Below, one piece after another: positions 38,340 to 48,164 of a stretch of 64,000 nt of DNA; within the stretch, counting starts at the first letter, position 1; each line of letters begins with the position of its first letter. A program made the position numbers and the translations under genes. The notes beneath the pieces are model-generated. The model saw nothing but the letters and a program-made list of their open reading frames with translations. It was not told the origin of the DNA and searched no databases. The stretch lies in the NCBI GenBank assembly GCA_029012425.1, contig JAQXMB010000059.1:9645-73644 (forward strand). The letters run 5' to 3'. Source of the stretch: a bacterium (GTDB taxonomy: Bacteria; Bacillota; Clostridia; Lachnospirales; Lachnospiraceae).

Positions 38340-38365
38340 AAGGGACATGCAAATGCATGTCCCTT
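38340..38365. terminator. Bidirectional terminator
   Basis: AAGGGACATGC-AAAT-GCATGTCCCTT between convergent genes. Confidence 0.8.
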
Positions 38366-38371
38366 TAACTG

Positions 38372-39496
38372 TCAAGGCATATAAATAAAATTGCTGCGCT
38401 CTACACTGCTGGCGTTTCCATAGGAATCAATCAATATCACAGACAGCACATTATTTCCTTCCGGCATATCCAATCCACCGCGATACTTTTGGGAATTCAC
38501 CGTTGGAGTCGTCCCGTCCCATGTATAGTATGCACTGCATCCAGCCGGCACATCAATTGTAATTCTTTGAGGGACAAGATACTCTCCGCTTGCCGGATAG
38601 ATTTTTGGCATCTCCAACTCGTAAAATGTATCAACCGAAAAATCCATTTTCACAATCGGGCTAAAATATCCCTTCTCATTACAAGCTGCTGCAAGAACAT
38701 GATAATCACCTTCTTCTAACTGAATGGGTGTATAATAAAGAATCCCATTTTCAATCGGTGAAGTTCCATCTGTGGTATAATAAATATTCAGACCCTCCTC
38801 TGCGTAAATCGAAAGCGTATCGCCCGGTTTAATATTTTCAGATAATTCTTCAAATTCCGGTACCGCAACACGATACTCAGAAAAAAGACTTTCCAGCGGT
38901 TTCCCCTCATAGGAATCTGCAAGCTGCAAGAGCCTGTCAAAATCAGATATTTTCACATATGTTTCAATTAACTGTTTACATGCATAGATATTATCCGGTT
39001 CGATTTCAAGAATCTTTTCCAATGCGTCAATCTGTGCTTCAAACTCAACATCCTTTTCATTTACATGCGCAATCCAAAAATAGGCATTCTTATCAGAAGA
39101 ATCAACTGCAATCTCACGCTGAAAACAATCAATCGCCGACTGATGCTCCTTATCGGCAAGTGCTGTCATAGCCGAAAGATATCCGTCCTCTGACCGGGGA
39201 TCGGAAATGGTTTGTGCAACAAGAGCTTTTATTCCAAACCCACTCAAAAGCATAATCAAAAAACACGCACATGCCACTCCAAAGCACTGATACAGCTGAA
39301 TGGTTGCATCCTTGGATGAATCATCATTTTCGTCATCATCCGCATCTTCCATATTCTTTTTTTTCTGTTGCATTACATTCAGGAACAGCTCATCCTCCAT
39401 GACATTATAGTCCGGGACGATCTGTACTTCTGTTCCGCAATGCGAACAATAAATATTGCCTGAACTAATTTCTTTCCCGCATTTTGAGCACTTCAT
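38372..39496 (-). CDS. Membrane protein: Zn-ribbon, TM, TPR-like region, two Fn3-associated/chitobiase C-terminal repeats
   Basis: CSKC..CSHC, one TM, YYTTDGTSP and YYTWDGTTP motifs. Confidence 0.8.
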   Translation of the reverse strand: MKCSKCGKEISSGNIYCSHCGTEVQIVPDYNVMEDELFLNVMQQKKKNMEDADDDENDDSSKDATIQLYQCFGVACACFLIMLLSGFGIKALVAQTISDPRSEDGYLSAMTALADKEHQSAIDCFQREIAVDSSDKNAYFWIAHVNEKDVEFEAQIDALEKILEIEPDNIYACKQLIETYVKISDFDRLLQLADSYEGKPLESLFSEYRVAVPEFEELSENIKPGDTLSIYAEEGLNIYYTTDGTSPIENGILYYTPIQLEEGDYHVLAAACNEKGYFSPIVKMDFSVDTFYELEMPKIYPASGEYLVPQRITIDVPAGCSAYYTWDGTTPTVNSQKYRGGLDMPEGNNVLSVILIDSYGNASSVERSNFIYMP

Positions 39497-39506
39497 GGAT
39501 ATCCCC

Positions 39507-40346
39507 TTATCTGGTCATGGAAGCGACACAATTGTTCATAAGCATCGCAATCGTCATAGGGCCAACTCCACCGGGAACGGGAGTGATTGCAGCGGCGTGC
39601 GGCATAACCTGATCAAAATCAACATCTCCGCAAAGCGTTCCGTCTGCATTGCGATGAATTCCAACATCAATCACAACCGCACCTTCTTTCACATATTCCT
39701 CGGTAATAAACTTTGGCTTGCCAATCGCAACAATTATTATATCCGCCTGCTTGCACATCGCCTTCAGATCCGCAGTCTTCGAGTGACAAATTGTTACGGT
39801 TGCATTCTCCTGCAGCATCAAAAGAGACATCGGCTTTCCAACAATATTACTTCTTCCGACAACTACACAGTTTTTGCCGGCAATCTCAATATTGGATCGT
39901 TTCAAAAGCTGAATCACACCGGCCGGAGTACATGAAACAAAGCCACTTTGACCAACAACAAGCGCTCCCACATTTTGTGTATGAAAACCATCAACATCCT
40001 TCTCAGGTGAAATCGCACGAATAATCTTGTTTTCGTCCATATGTGCAGGAATCGGAAGCTGACACAAAATACCATTGATTGCATCATCATGATTTAGTCT
40101 GTCAATCAATGCCAGTAATTCCTCTTCTGTTGTGTCTTCAGCAAGTTCATAGCTTTCGGAACGGATACCGATATATTCGCAAGCTCGCTTCTTATTGCGG
40201 ACATAGACACTCGAAGCAGGATCTGTGCCTACCTGAATCACTGCAAGCGCACCTTCAATTCCCTGCTCCTTCAGCTTGGCAACTTTGTTCTTCAATTCAT
40301 CTTTTATTTCCTGCGAAATTTTTTTCCCATCAATTAGTACTGCCAT
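39507..40346 (-). CDS. folD: Methylene-THF dehydrogenase/cyclohydrolase
   Basis: KDVDGFH, CTPAG, GRSNIVGKP, TPVPGGVGPMT. Confidence 0.97.
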   Translation of the reverse strand: MAVLIDGKKISQEIKDELKNKVAKLKEQGIEGALAVIQVGTDPASSVYVRNKKRACEYIGIRSESYELAEDTTEEELLALIDRLNHDDAINGILCQLPIPAHMDENKIIRAISPEKDVDGFHTQNVGALVVGQSGFVSCTPAGVIQLLKRSNIEIAGKNCVVVGRSNIVGKPMSLLMLQENATVTICHSKTADLKAMCKQADIIIVAIGKPKFITEEYVKEGAVVIDVGIHRNADGTLCGDVDFDQVMPHAAAITPVPGGVGPMTIAMLMNNCVASMTR

Positions 40347-40382
40347 AACAGCCTCCTTCATTCAATTCCATTGATTTGTATA

Positions 40383-43016
40383 CTAAAAGGTTCCGTCTTC
40401 AAGAAGCGCTTCAAAGGTTTCCGGATTCATCAATATTTGTCTCGGTTTTGTACCTTCTTCCGGTCCGACAACTCCAGCCTCCTCAAGCTGATCCATAATT
40501 CGTGCCGCACGATTAAATCCAATCTTGAAATATCTTTGCAGCATTCCGATGGACGCCTTATCCTTATCCATCAAGAGCTTTGCGGCATCAATAAAATAGG
40601 CATCTCTTCCATCTGAATCGTTCGCAAGAGAGGCATTCGTTACAGTCGCCTGCGCGCCTTCGCTGATTTTGCTCATCTTCTCCTCAATGGAAGAATCATA
40701 TGTCACACTTCCGTAATTACTTGTAACAAACTCAACGACATTTGCAACCTCTTTGTCGGACACAAAAGCGCCTTGCACACGAAGCGGCTTATTAAGTCCC
40801 TGCGGATAAAACAGCATATCACCTTTTCCAAGAAGCTTCTCAGCACCGACCATGTCCAGAATTGTACGAGAATCCACGCCGGATGTGACTGAAAATGCAA
40901 TACGGCTTGGCATATTTGCTTTAATCAAACCTGTAATGACATTTACGGAAGGTCTCTGTGTTGCAATGATCAAATGTATTCCGCACGCTCTCGCAAGCTG
41001 CGCCAATCGACAGATGGCATCCTCAACATCACCCGGCGCTACCATCATCAAATCCGCAAGCTCATCGACAATGATTACAAGCTGTGGCAGCTTCTCTGGC
41101 TTGTTCGGATCATCGATATCCTGAATACTCTCAACTTTTGAATTATACCCTTTTAAATCGCGTACCCCATACTCCGCAAATTTCTGATATCGTTCCGTCA
41201 TCTCGGCAACTGCCCAGTTTAATGCGCCCGCTGCTTTTTTCGGATCGGTAACAACCGGAATAAACAAATGCGGAATCCCATTGTATACGCTAAGCTCAAC
41301 AACCTTCGGATCAATCATAATCAGTTTGACATCCTCAGGGTCTGCTTTATAAATCAGCGACATAATAATGGTATTAATACACACGGATTTACCGGATCCG
41401 GTTGCACCTGCAATTAACAGATGCGGCATCTTGGCAATATCCGCAGTGACAACCTGTCCACCGATATCACGACCAACTGCAAATGCAATGTTGGAAGGAT
41501 GCTTTTGAAACTCTTCGGATTCCACAAGATCCCGAAACATTACCGGCACGGTTTCTTTATTGGGAACTTCAATACCAATTGCAGCCTTGCCGGGAATTGG
41601 TGCTTCCATGCGAATGTCAGCTGCCGCCAGATTTAGTTTAATATCATCGGTAAGATTTACAATTTTACTAACCTTAACTCCCATCTCCGGCTGAATCTCA
41701 TAACGAGTAACCGTCGGTCCGCAGCTAACATTGGAAATCGTAACATTCACACCAAAGTTATTTAATGTCTGCTGTAATTTTAATGCAGTCTCCTGCAGAT
41801 GCATCTTGCTGTCACCGGATGCTTTTGCATTTCCCGGTTTCAAAAGGCTAAGCGGCGGAAAAACATATTCACGCTTTTGCTCCTGTGTCTGTTTTATTTC
41901 CTGTTCAATCACTTCCATCTGTTCCTGAGCGGTTTTCTCATCCATAGAAGCATTATGTACCTGCCGATTGGATTTTTGCTCAGGTTCCGGCGCATATCCT
42001 TCTTCCGCCTGCGGCCCAGGCGTCCCGATAACTTCCTCCACTTCGTTCGAAGCGTTCGCAAATAACTCTTCCAGCTGCGGTGAAAATACCGGCATTGGTT
42101 CCGGTTCGGGCATTGGAACAATATCATGTTCAGCCGTTGCAATTGAATCAACCGGGTTTAAATTCACCTGATGATGCTCCTGAACTCTGGGCATGTCCAC
42201 ATTCTTACTTGGTGTATCGGCAATTTGAGCCGTCAGAGTTATTTTACCGGATTTTTCCGCCGAATCTATCGCATCCGCCTTTAATTCAATCAGATTATCG
42301 GACCTTCCGGCAGCTGTTGGCGTTATTTTTGTATCTGAAGAAACACCTGCAACTTTTTTCTCCATACGAAGACGCGCTCGTTCTTCTTGATGTTCTTTCA
42401 GTCGCTCATTTCCCTCTACGGCCGTTTCATAAACACGCCTGCTTCCTTTCTGTACATGTTTCCAGGCAGAACGCTCCGTAACAATTACCATTGTGATTAT
42501 TAATGCGATCAGGTCAATTGCATATGCACTCACTCTTCCAAAGTTCGGAACAATCAACCACGCAAGCAAACCGCCAAGCCATCCGCCGCCGTTCTTATGT
42601 TCTCTTCCATATTGAAATGCAAGACGCGGTGCAAAATCTCTGCTTCCTGCTACCAGTTCGACAAATAAACATAAAAATGCAACAAAAAGAATTGCCGCAA
42701 TCACCTTGATCACCGCAATTTTATTTGTTTTGTTTGAAAGGACAAATACCGTACCGACAAACAGAAGAATCGGAAACACATAGGCCAGCAATCCAAAGAT
42801 GCCAAACATCACACCGCTTAATGCATTTCCAATCTTTCCGCCAATACCAAAATTACTGACAAATAAAATAATAGAAACGGCCAGAACAACCCATAAAATA
42901 ACTTCCTGATAAATATCACGGTTTACGATTCCTGGCGTTTTATTTACCTGATTATTTCGCGTACGATTATTCGTCGTCTTCTTGTTATTACTACTTTTCT
43001 TTGTCTGACCGGACAT
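40383..43016 (-). CDS. ftsK: DNA translocase FtsK/SpoIIIE
   Basis: N-terminal TMs, PHLLIAGATGSGKS, DELADLMM, ATQRPSV, gamma domain (IGFNRAARIMDQLE). Confidence 0.96.
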   Translation of the reverse strand: MSGQTKKSSNNKKTTNNRTRNNQVNKTPGIVNRDIYQEVILWVVLAVSIILFVSNFGIGGKIGNALSGVMFGIFGLLAYVFPILLFVGTVFVLSNKTNKIAVIKVIAAILFVAFLCLFVELVAGSRDFAPRLAFQYGREHKNGGGWLGGLLAWLIVPNFGRVSAYAIDLIALIITMVIVTERSAWKHVQKGSRRVYETAVEGNERLKEHQEERARLRMEKKVAGVSSDTKITPTAAGRSDNLIELKADAIDSAEKSGKITLTAQIADTPSKNVDMPRVQEHHQVNLNPVDSIATAEHDIVPMPEPEPMPVFSPQLEELFANASNEVEEVIGTPGPQAEEGYAPEPEQKSNRQVHNASMDEKTAQEQMEVIEQEIKQTQEQKREYVFPPLSLLKPGNAKASGDSKMHLQETALKLQQTLNNFGVNVTISNVSCGPTVTRYEIQPEMGVKVSKIVNLTDDIKLNLAAADIRMEAPIPGKAAIGIEVPNKETVPVMFRDLVESEEFQKHPSNIAFAVGRDIGGQVVTADIAKMPHLLIAGATGSGKSVCINTIIMSLIYKADPEDVKLIMIDPKVVELSVYNGIPHLFIPVVTDPKKAAGALNWAVAEMTERYQKFAEYGVRDLKGYNSKVESIQDIDDPNKPEKLPQLVIIVDELADLMMVAPGDVEDAICRLAQLARACGIHLIIATQRPSVNVITGLIKANMPSRIAFSVTSGVDSRTILDMVGAEKLLGKGDMLFYPQGLNKPLRVQGAFVSDKEVANVVEFVTSNYGSVTYDSSIEEKMSKISEGAQATVTNASLANDSDGRDAYFIDAAKLLMDKDKASIGMLQRYFKIGFNRAARIMDQLEEAGVVGPEEGTKPRQILMNPETFEALLEDGTF

Positions 43017-43064
43017 GAAAATACTACCTCCTGCAAACCCGGCAATTGCTATATCGCCCCGGTT

Positions 43065-43940
43065 CTATACCCGATAAAAATACACACCGACAGAAATTGC
43101 ACCAACAATAAAACAATAGATTGCAAAATAAGTGAATTTCTTCTGTTTAACAACATAAAGCATAGCTTTAATACAGATATATCCGACAACTGCAGCGACC
43201 AGCATTCCTACAATGTAATTTGCAAGTTCACCACCGGTCCAACTGACTGCCGAAAAATCTCCCAGCTCCAAAATGACTGAACCAAGAACAACCGGAATTG
43301 ACATGATGAACGAATATTTCACCGCAAATTTGCGATTGAAGCCACTCAAAAGACAAGCTGTGATTGTCGTTCCGGAGCGAGATAAACCGGGAAGTGTCGC
43401 AATTCCCTGTGCAATACCAATCATAAACGCATTCGAATAAGTAACCTGCTTTGGCAATTTTTCGCCGTTATTACAATGATCACTAATCAAAAGCAAAATA
43501 CTTGTCAGAATCAGACATATGCCGGGGACAATCAAAACCTTTGCAGCCATCTCAACGATGTCTCTCGCAATAAATCCAATGACAGCCGTCGGTATCGTCG
43601 ATACGATGATCAGCATAACAAATTTGCGGTAACCACTACTCACAATTCGGATATAACCGCCTTTTTTCTTGTTGGCAATGTTCGAAAAAAAGATTCCGAT
43701 ATTTTTACAGACATCAATCACAATTCCAATGCCACAAGTAATCAGCTTCCAGATATCTTTATAGTAAACTGCAAAAATAGCAATCAGCGTACCAAGGTGA
43801 AGAATCACATCAAATAAAAGCCCGGCTTCCTTGATATCAAATGCGATCCGAAACAGGGCCAGATGTCCGGAACTACTCACCGGTAAAAACTCGGTAATAC
43901 CCTGAATAAAACCCATAACAATTGCTTCTAATAATGACAT
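43065..43940 (-). CDS. uppP: Undecaprenyl-diphosphate phosphatase
   Basis: QGITEFLPVSSSGHL, PGLSRSGTTI. Confidence 0.96.
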   Translation of the reverse strand: MSLLEAIVMGFIQGITEFLPVSSSGHLALFRIAFDIKEAGLLFDVILHLGTLIAIFAVYYKDIWKLITCGIGIVIDVCKNIGIFFSNIANKKKGGYIRIVSSGYRKFVMLIIVSTIPTAVIGFIARDIVEMAAKVLIVPGICLILTSILLLISDHCNNGEKLPKQVTYSNAFMIGIAQGIATLPGLSRSGTTITACLLSGFNRKFAVKYSFIMSIPVVLGSVILELGDFSAVSWTGGELANYIVGMLVAAVVGYICIKAMLYVVKQKKFTYFAIYCFIVGAISVGVYFYRV

Positions 43941-44025
43941 TCCATGCCTCCTGACAGTCAATATCGATATATAAAATCATATTAGCATATTTAGTCATAA
44001 ATGTCATTATAAAACTTTTTTGCAA

Positions 44026-44724
44026 CTATATTTTGTGGTTGTCCGATTTTCTCTCATCAATCATCCGATGTAAATACCCTAATGCTTCCTTGATTCCACC
44101 CACTTCATTAATGATTCCTTCTTCAACCGTCTGCTCTCCGACAAGTATCGTACCAAGATCTCTTGACATCATACTCGTATTCAACATCAATGCTTCTAAC
44201 CGTTCTTTTTGTATCTGACAATGCGATGATACAAAACCGGTGATGCGATCCTGAATTTGTTGAAAATAATCGTAGGTCTGTTTGGCACCAATCATTAATC
44301 CATTCAGTCGTACCGGATGAACCACCATGGTACCGGTCGGTACAATAAATGAGTATTCTGTCGAGACAGCAAGCGGAACTCCGATGGAATGGCTGCCTCC
44401 CAGCACAAGCGATACCGTCGGTTTTGACATGGAAGCAATCATCTCCGCAATTGCAAGTCCGGACTCGACATCACCACCCATTGTATTCAGAAGCAGCAAC
44501 AGACCATCAATCTTTCTGCTTTCTTCTACTTCAGCAAGCTTCGGAAGAACATGTTCATACTTTGTTGACTTAGATGTATTTGGCAAGACATCATGACCTT
44601 CGATTTCACCGATGATGGTCATCAGATAGATCTGGTGATCATTCTTTTGACAATCCAACTGTGTCATTCCAAATTCACTGATTTCATCATTCGTACATGA
44701 TTTATCCTTTTGATTATCACTCAC
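44026..44724 (-). CDS. tepA: ClpP-like translocation-enhancing protein TepA
   Basis: GEIEGH..TKYEHVLP, LNTMGGDVESGLAIAE, GGSHSIGVP; GTG start after GGAGG. Confidence 0.9.
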   Translation of the reverse strand: MSDNQKDKSCTNDEISEFGMTQLDCQKNDHQIYLMTIIGEIEGHDVLPNTSKSTKYEHVLPKLAEVEESRKIDGLLLLLNTMGGDVESGLAIAEMIASMSKPTVSLVLGGSHSIGVPLAVSTEYSFIVPTGTMVVHPVRLNGLMIGAKQTYDYFQQIQDRITGFVSSHCQIQKERLEALMLNTSMMSRDLGTILVGEQTVEEGIINEVGGIKEALGYLHRMIDERKSDNHKI

Positions 44725-44752
44725 AATGTATACCTCCATAGATTCCTAGTAG

Positions 44753-44781
44753 CATTATGTACGCAAAGCAACGGATTATAC
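44753..44781 (-). promoter_or_regulatory. sigma-G-type promoter of tepA
   Basis: GTATA-17-CATAATG; tepA is forespore-expressed in B. subtilis. Confidence 0.65.
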
Positions 44782-44830
44782 CATAGAACAATCATGAGAC
44801 AAATGTATCTGTTTGGAATTGTCAATTCTG

Positions 44831-44870
44831 AAACAAAGGTGCCTTCTGACAGTTTGTCAAAAGACACCTT
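44831..44870 (-). terminator. Terminator-like hairpin after glgA
   Basis: AAGGTG..TGACA/TGTCA..CACCTT stem. Confidence 0.6.
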
Positions 44871-44877
44871 CGTAACA

Positions 44878-46326
44878 TTATCCGATTAAATAGTTGTATA
44901 GATCTTCATAGCGCTTTTTAGAAGATTTCCAAGAATAGTCATTCGCCATTCCGCGGTCAACCATCTTGTTCCAATCCTTCTTAAAATCAAAATAGATATG
45001 CTTTGCATAGTTGATAATGCCAAGCATCTCTTCACCGTTGTAATTGGTAAATGAGAAGCCGTCTCCGATATGTTCAAACTCATTGTACGGCTCTACGGTA
45101 TCCTTTAATCCTCCGGTCGCGCGGACAATCGGAACCGTTCCGTAACGGAACGAAATCAGCTGTGTGAGTCCACACGGTTCAAAGCGCGACGGCATCAGGA
45201 ATGCATCGGCAGAAGCATACAGCTTATGAGCCAGATCATCCGAATAGCAAATATTTGCAGAGATACGGTCCGGATACTTCCATGCATAATGACGGAACAT
45301 ATTCTCATACTGCGGATCACCGGTTCCAATCACAACGAGCTGTGTATAATCATCGACAATCCGGTCAATCACATAATTGATTAAATCCAGGCCCTTCTGA
45401 TCGGTCAGTCTGGAAATAAGTCCAATCATGAATTTTTTCTTGTCAACTGCAAGTCCAAGATCCTTCTGAAGTTTCTCTTTATTCAATGCTTTCTTCTTTC
45501 GGAATGTCTCGGCATTATAATTGACATAAATCTTGGGATCGGTTGCCGGATCGTAAACAGAATAATCGATACCGTTTACAATTCCCTGCATATCAAAATG
45601 TCTTGCACGAAGCAGTCCGTCCAATCCCTCGCCATAGTAAGGAGTCTGAATTTCTCCGGCATAGGTATCACTCACTGTTGTCACATAATCGGCATATACA
45701 AGACCACCCTTTAACATATTGGCATCTTTGTTAAATTCAAGCTTATCGGGCGTAAATAAATGTGCCGGGAATCCGGTCAGTCCCATCATCGTCTTTTTAT
45801 CCCAGATACCCTGAAATTTCAAATTATGAATCGTCATGATGGACTTAATGCCCCAATAGAACATATCAGCCTGAAATTCCGTGCGAAGATATACCGGAAT
45901 CAGACCTGTCTGCCAGTCATGACAATGAATGATGTCCGGACGGAAATCAATCTGTTTCAGCATGGACAGAACTGCTTTATCAAAGAAGGTAAAGCGCTCA
46001 ATATCACGGCGGATATCACCATAAGGTACCGTACAGTTGAAGTACTCCTGATTATCAATAAAGTAATAGGTAATTCCGTCCAATTTGTATCTGAAAATTC
46101 CGACATACTTGCTCGGAATATAATTACCCGTTCCCATATAGAAATTCGTGATATATTCGCATTCATTCCGGAATTTTTCAGGAATACAGCTATAAAACGG
46201 AAGTACTACACGAATATCCCAATATGTTTTGTCAAATTCCTTCGGAAGCGCGCCACACACATCGGCAAGTCCGCCTGTCTTAATAAAAGGAACACACTCT
46301 GAAGCTGCAAATAATACCTTGTTCAT
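44878..46326 (-). CDS. glgA: Glycogen synthase
   Basis: KTGGLADV, HCHDWQ, TIHNLKFQG, PSRFEPCGLTQL. Confidence 0.97.
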   Translation of the reverse strand: MNKVLFAASECVPFIKTGGLADVCGALPKEFDKTYWDIRVVLPFYSCIPEKFRNECEYITNFYMGTGNYIPSKYVGIFRYKLDGITYYFIDNQEYFNCTVPYGDIRRDIERFTFFDKAVLSMLKQIDFRPDIIHCHDWQTGLIPVYLRTEFQADMFYWGIKSIMTIHNLKFQGIWDKKTMMGLTGFPAHLFTPDKLEFNKDANMLKGGLVYADYVTTVSDTYAGEIQTPYYGEGLDGLLRARHFDMQGIVNGIDYSVYDPATDPKIYVNYNAETFRKKKALNKEKLQKDLGLAVDKKKFMIGLISRLTDQKGLDLINYVIDRIVDDYTQLVVIGTGDPQYENMFRHYAWKYPDRISANICYSDDLAHKLYASADAFLMPSRFEPCGLTQLISFRYGTVPIVRATGGLKDTVEPYNEFEHIGDGFSFTNYNGEEMLGIINYAKHIYFDFKKDWNKMVDRGMANDYSWKSSKKRYEDLYNYLIG

Positions 46327-46338
46327 ATCATTTCCTCC

Positions 46339-47253
46339 TCATTGATAAAAATATTTCTCCTTTAGATTCCAAACCATCTCCTGATACAAAGCGACACAAG
46401 CTTCGTTTTCGCCTTTTTCAATCAACTGAACACATCGCGTAAGATACTGTGCCCATATTTCCTCATATATCTGTCCTGCATCCTCAAGCTTATTGATATG
46501 TTTCACGATTGTGGGGGCAATGTCATAATATTCGTTCACAAGTGCTTCCCCATCATCCGATTTCAATAAATACTGATCGCGAAATGTACGAAGAAGATTC
46601 AGCTCATAACAATCATCACCTTTTCCCAATACCTCACAGGCAGCAGTTGAAATGAAACAGAAACGGCGCTTGAATCCGGCATCTATTTCCTTTGCGGTTG
46701 CAGGATGAATCTCCGATTTAGGAAAATGCTTTTTCCAGGTGGATGTAAGCGCTTCAATCCATGCTTTTGATGAATTTGTATTGTATTCAAGAATAGCCGG
46801 AAAAACATATACAACCATGCAAAGATTCATATCCATGCGAAGCACTTCCCGCTTTCTTGCTTTTGTGGCACACAGCTGTTCATCAATCTTTGAAATTAAT
46901 GACTCCGAAGCCTCCTCAAGCATCGCAGCATCTTTTGGATTTGCAAGATACGCATTTTCAAGTGTTGCCAGATGCGCCGCATGCTCATAAAGATATTGAT
47001 TAAAAAAATCCATGTAAGTCGTGCGCTTAAAATGCTCCATCGGATCGTCGATATCATATACCAATGCATGGAGTGCTTCCTTTACTTTGTCCATAGCTAC
47101 CGGTTGAACGGCAACTGATTCATCGGAAGTATTCTGTTGTGAATCTGCTATCACGATCTCTTTTCCACAGTACATGCATATTACAGTCTGTCTATCATCC
47201 GGAAGCTGTAGCTTCCCCTGACAATGCGGACAAACGCCATCTATAAAGTTCAT
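46339..47253 (-). CDS. Zn-ribbon plus CFI-box-CTERM domain protein
   Basis: CPHC..CMYC N-terminus; FCFISTAA..ELNLLRTFRDQYL..G.ALVNEYYDIAP; start after GGAGGA. Confidence 0.82.
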   Translation of the reverse strand: MNFIDGVCPHCQGKLQLPDDRQTVICMYCGKEIVIADSQQNTSDESVAVQPVAMDKVKEALHALVYDIDDPMEHFKRTTYMDFFNQYLYEHAAHLATLENAYLANPKDAAMLEEASESLISKIDEQLCATKARKREVLRMDMNLCMVVYVFPAILEYNTNSSKAWIEALTSTWKKHFPKSEIHPATAKEIDAGFKRRFCFISTAACEVLGKGDDCYELNLLRTFRDQYLLKSDDGEALVNEYYDIAPTIVKHINKLEDAGQIYEEIWAQYLTRCVQLIEKGENEACVALYQEMVWNLKEKYFYQ

Positions 47254-47273
47254 AAATCCTCCGTCACTCATAT

Positions 47274-47326
47274 GTAATGTCTATTCAGAAGCTTTCGCAT
47301 AATCGAGATGGGGTCTGAATAGTTAC
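47274..47326. repeat. REP/MITE-like palindromic element in a 5'UTR
   Basis: GTAAtgtCTATTCAGA..TCG-cataat-CGA..TCTGAATAGTTAC terminal inverted repeats. Confidence 0.55.
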
Positions 47327-47344
47327 TGTAAATAATATGTAATT

Positions 47345-47373
47345 AGTCTAACATAACACCCCAAAATAGACAA
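47345..47373 (-). promoter_or_regulatory. sigma-A promoter of the CFI-box gene/glgA
   Basis: TTGTCT-17-TAGACT with extended TG. Confidence 0.6.
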
Positions 47374-47374
47374 G

Positions 47375-47398
47375 AAAAAAGAAGCCCGCAGGCTTCTT
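47375..47398 (-). terminator. Terminator after yebC
   Basis: AAGAAGCC/GGCTTCTT with U-tract. Confidence 0.75.
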
Positions 47399-47405
47399 AG
47401 AAAAA

Positions 47406-48134
47406 TTACTCATCCCAGTTGTGATATACTTCCTGAACATCGTCATCATCATCAAGCAAATCAAGAATTCTTTGGATGTTGTTGAGATCCGCTTCTGCTG
47501 ATAAAGTTACATAATTCTGAGGGAGCATGGTTACTTCAGCACTTGCCATCTCGATTTTCTCAGCCTCCAATGCTGCGCGAACTTCCTCGAATGCATCGGG
47601 AGCAGTCAGGATTTCAAAGCTGTCCTCCTCCTCGTTAAAGTCATCTGCACCTGCATCGAGTGCAAGCATCATCAAATCATCAGCATCCATCTCGCATGCC
47701 TCTTTATCAATGATAATCTGACCTTTCTCATCGAACATGTAAGAGACACAGCCTTGTGTTCCGATACTACCCTGTCCCTTTGTGAAAGCGTTGCGGACAT
47801 TCGCTGCTGTACGGTTCTTATTATCAGTCAGACACTTTACAATAATTGCTGTTCCGGCAGGACCATATCCTTCATATGTAGCAACAACATAATTGACATT
47901 ATCTCCGTCTCCGGCTGCTTTCTTAATTCCGCGATCAATCGTATCATTGGGCATATTGTTGGCTTTCGCCTTTGCAATGACTGCAGCAAGCTTACTGTTG
48001 TTGGAAGGATCTGGACCACCCTCTTTCACTGCAACAGCGATCTCTCGTCCAATCATTGTAAAAATTTTACCTTTTGCGGCGTCGTTCTTTTCTTTTTTGT
48101 GCTTAATATTAGCAAATTTTGAATGTCCTGACAT
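47406..48134 (-). CDS. YebC/PmpR family protein
   Basis: MSGHSKFANIKHKK, YEGYGP.G, TDNKNRT, DDVQEVYHN. Confidence 0.96.
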   Translation of the reverse strand: MSGHSKFANIKHKKEKNDAAKGKIFTMIGREIAVAVKEGGPDPSNNSKLAAVIAKAKANNMPNDTIDRGIKKAAGDGDNVNYVVATYEGYGPAGTAIIVKCLTDNKNRTAANVRNAFTKGQGSIGTQGCVSYMFDEKGQIIIDKEACEMDADDLMMLALDAGADDFNEEEDSFEILTAPDAFEEVRAALEAEKIEMASAEVTMLPQNYVTLSAEADLNNIQRILDLLDDDDDVQEVYHNWDE

Positions 48135-48164
48135 AACTTTTTATCCTCTTTTCTTCCTATAATT

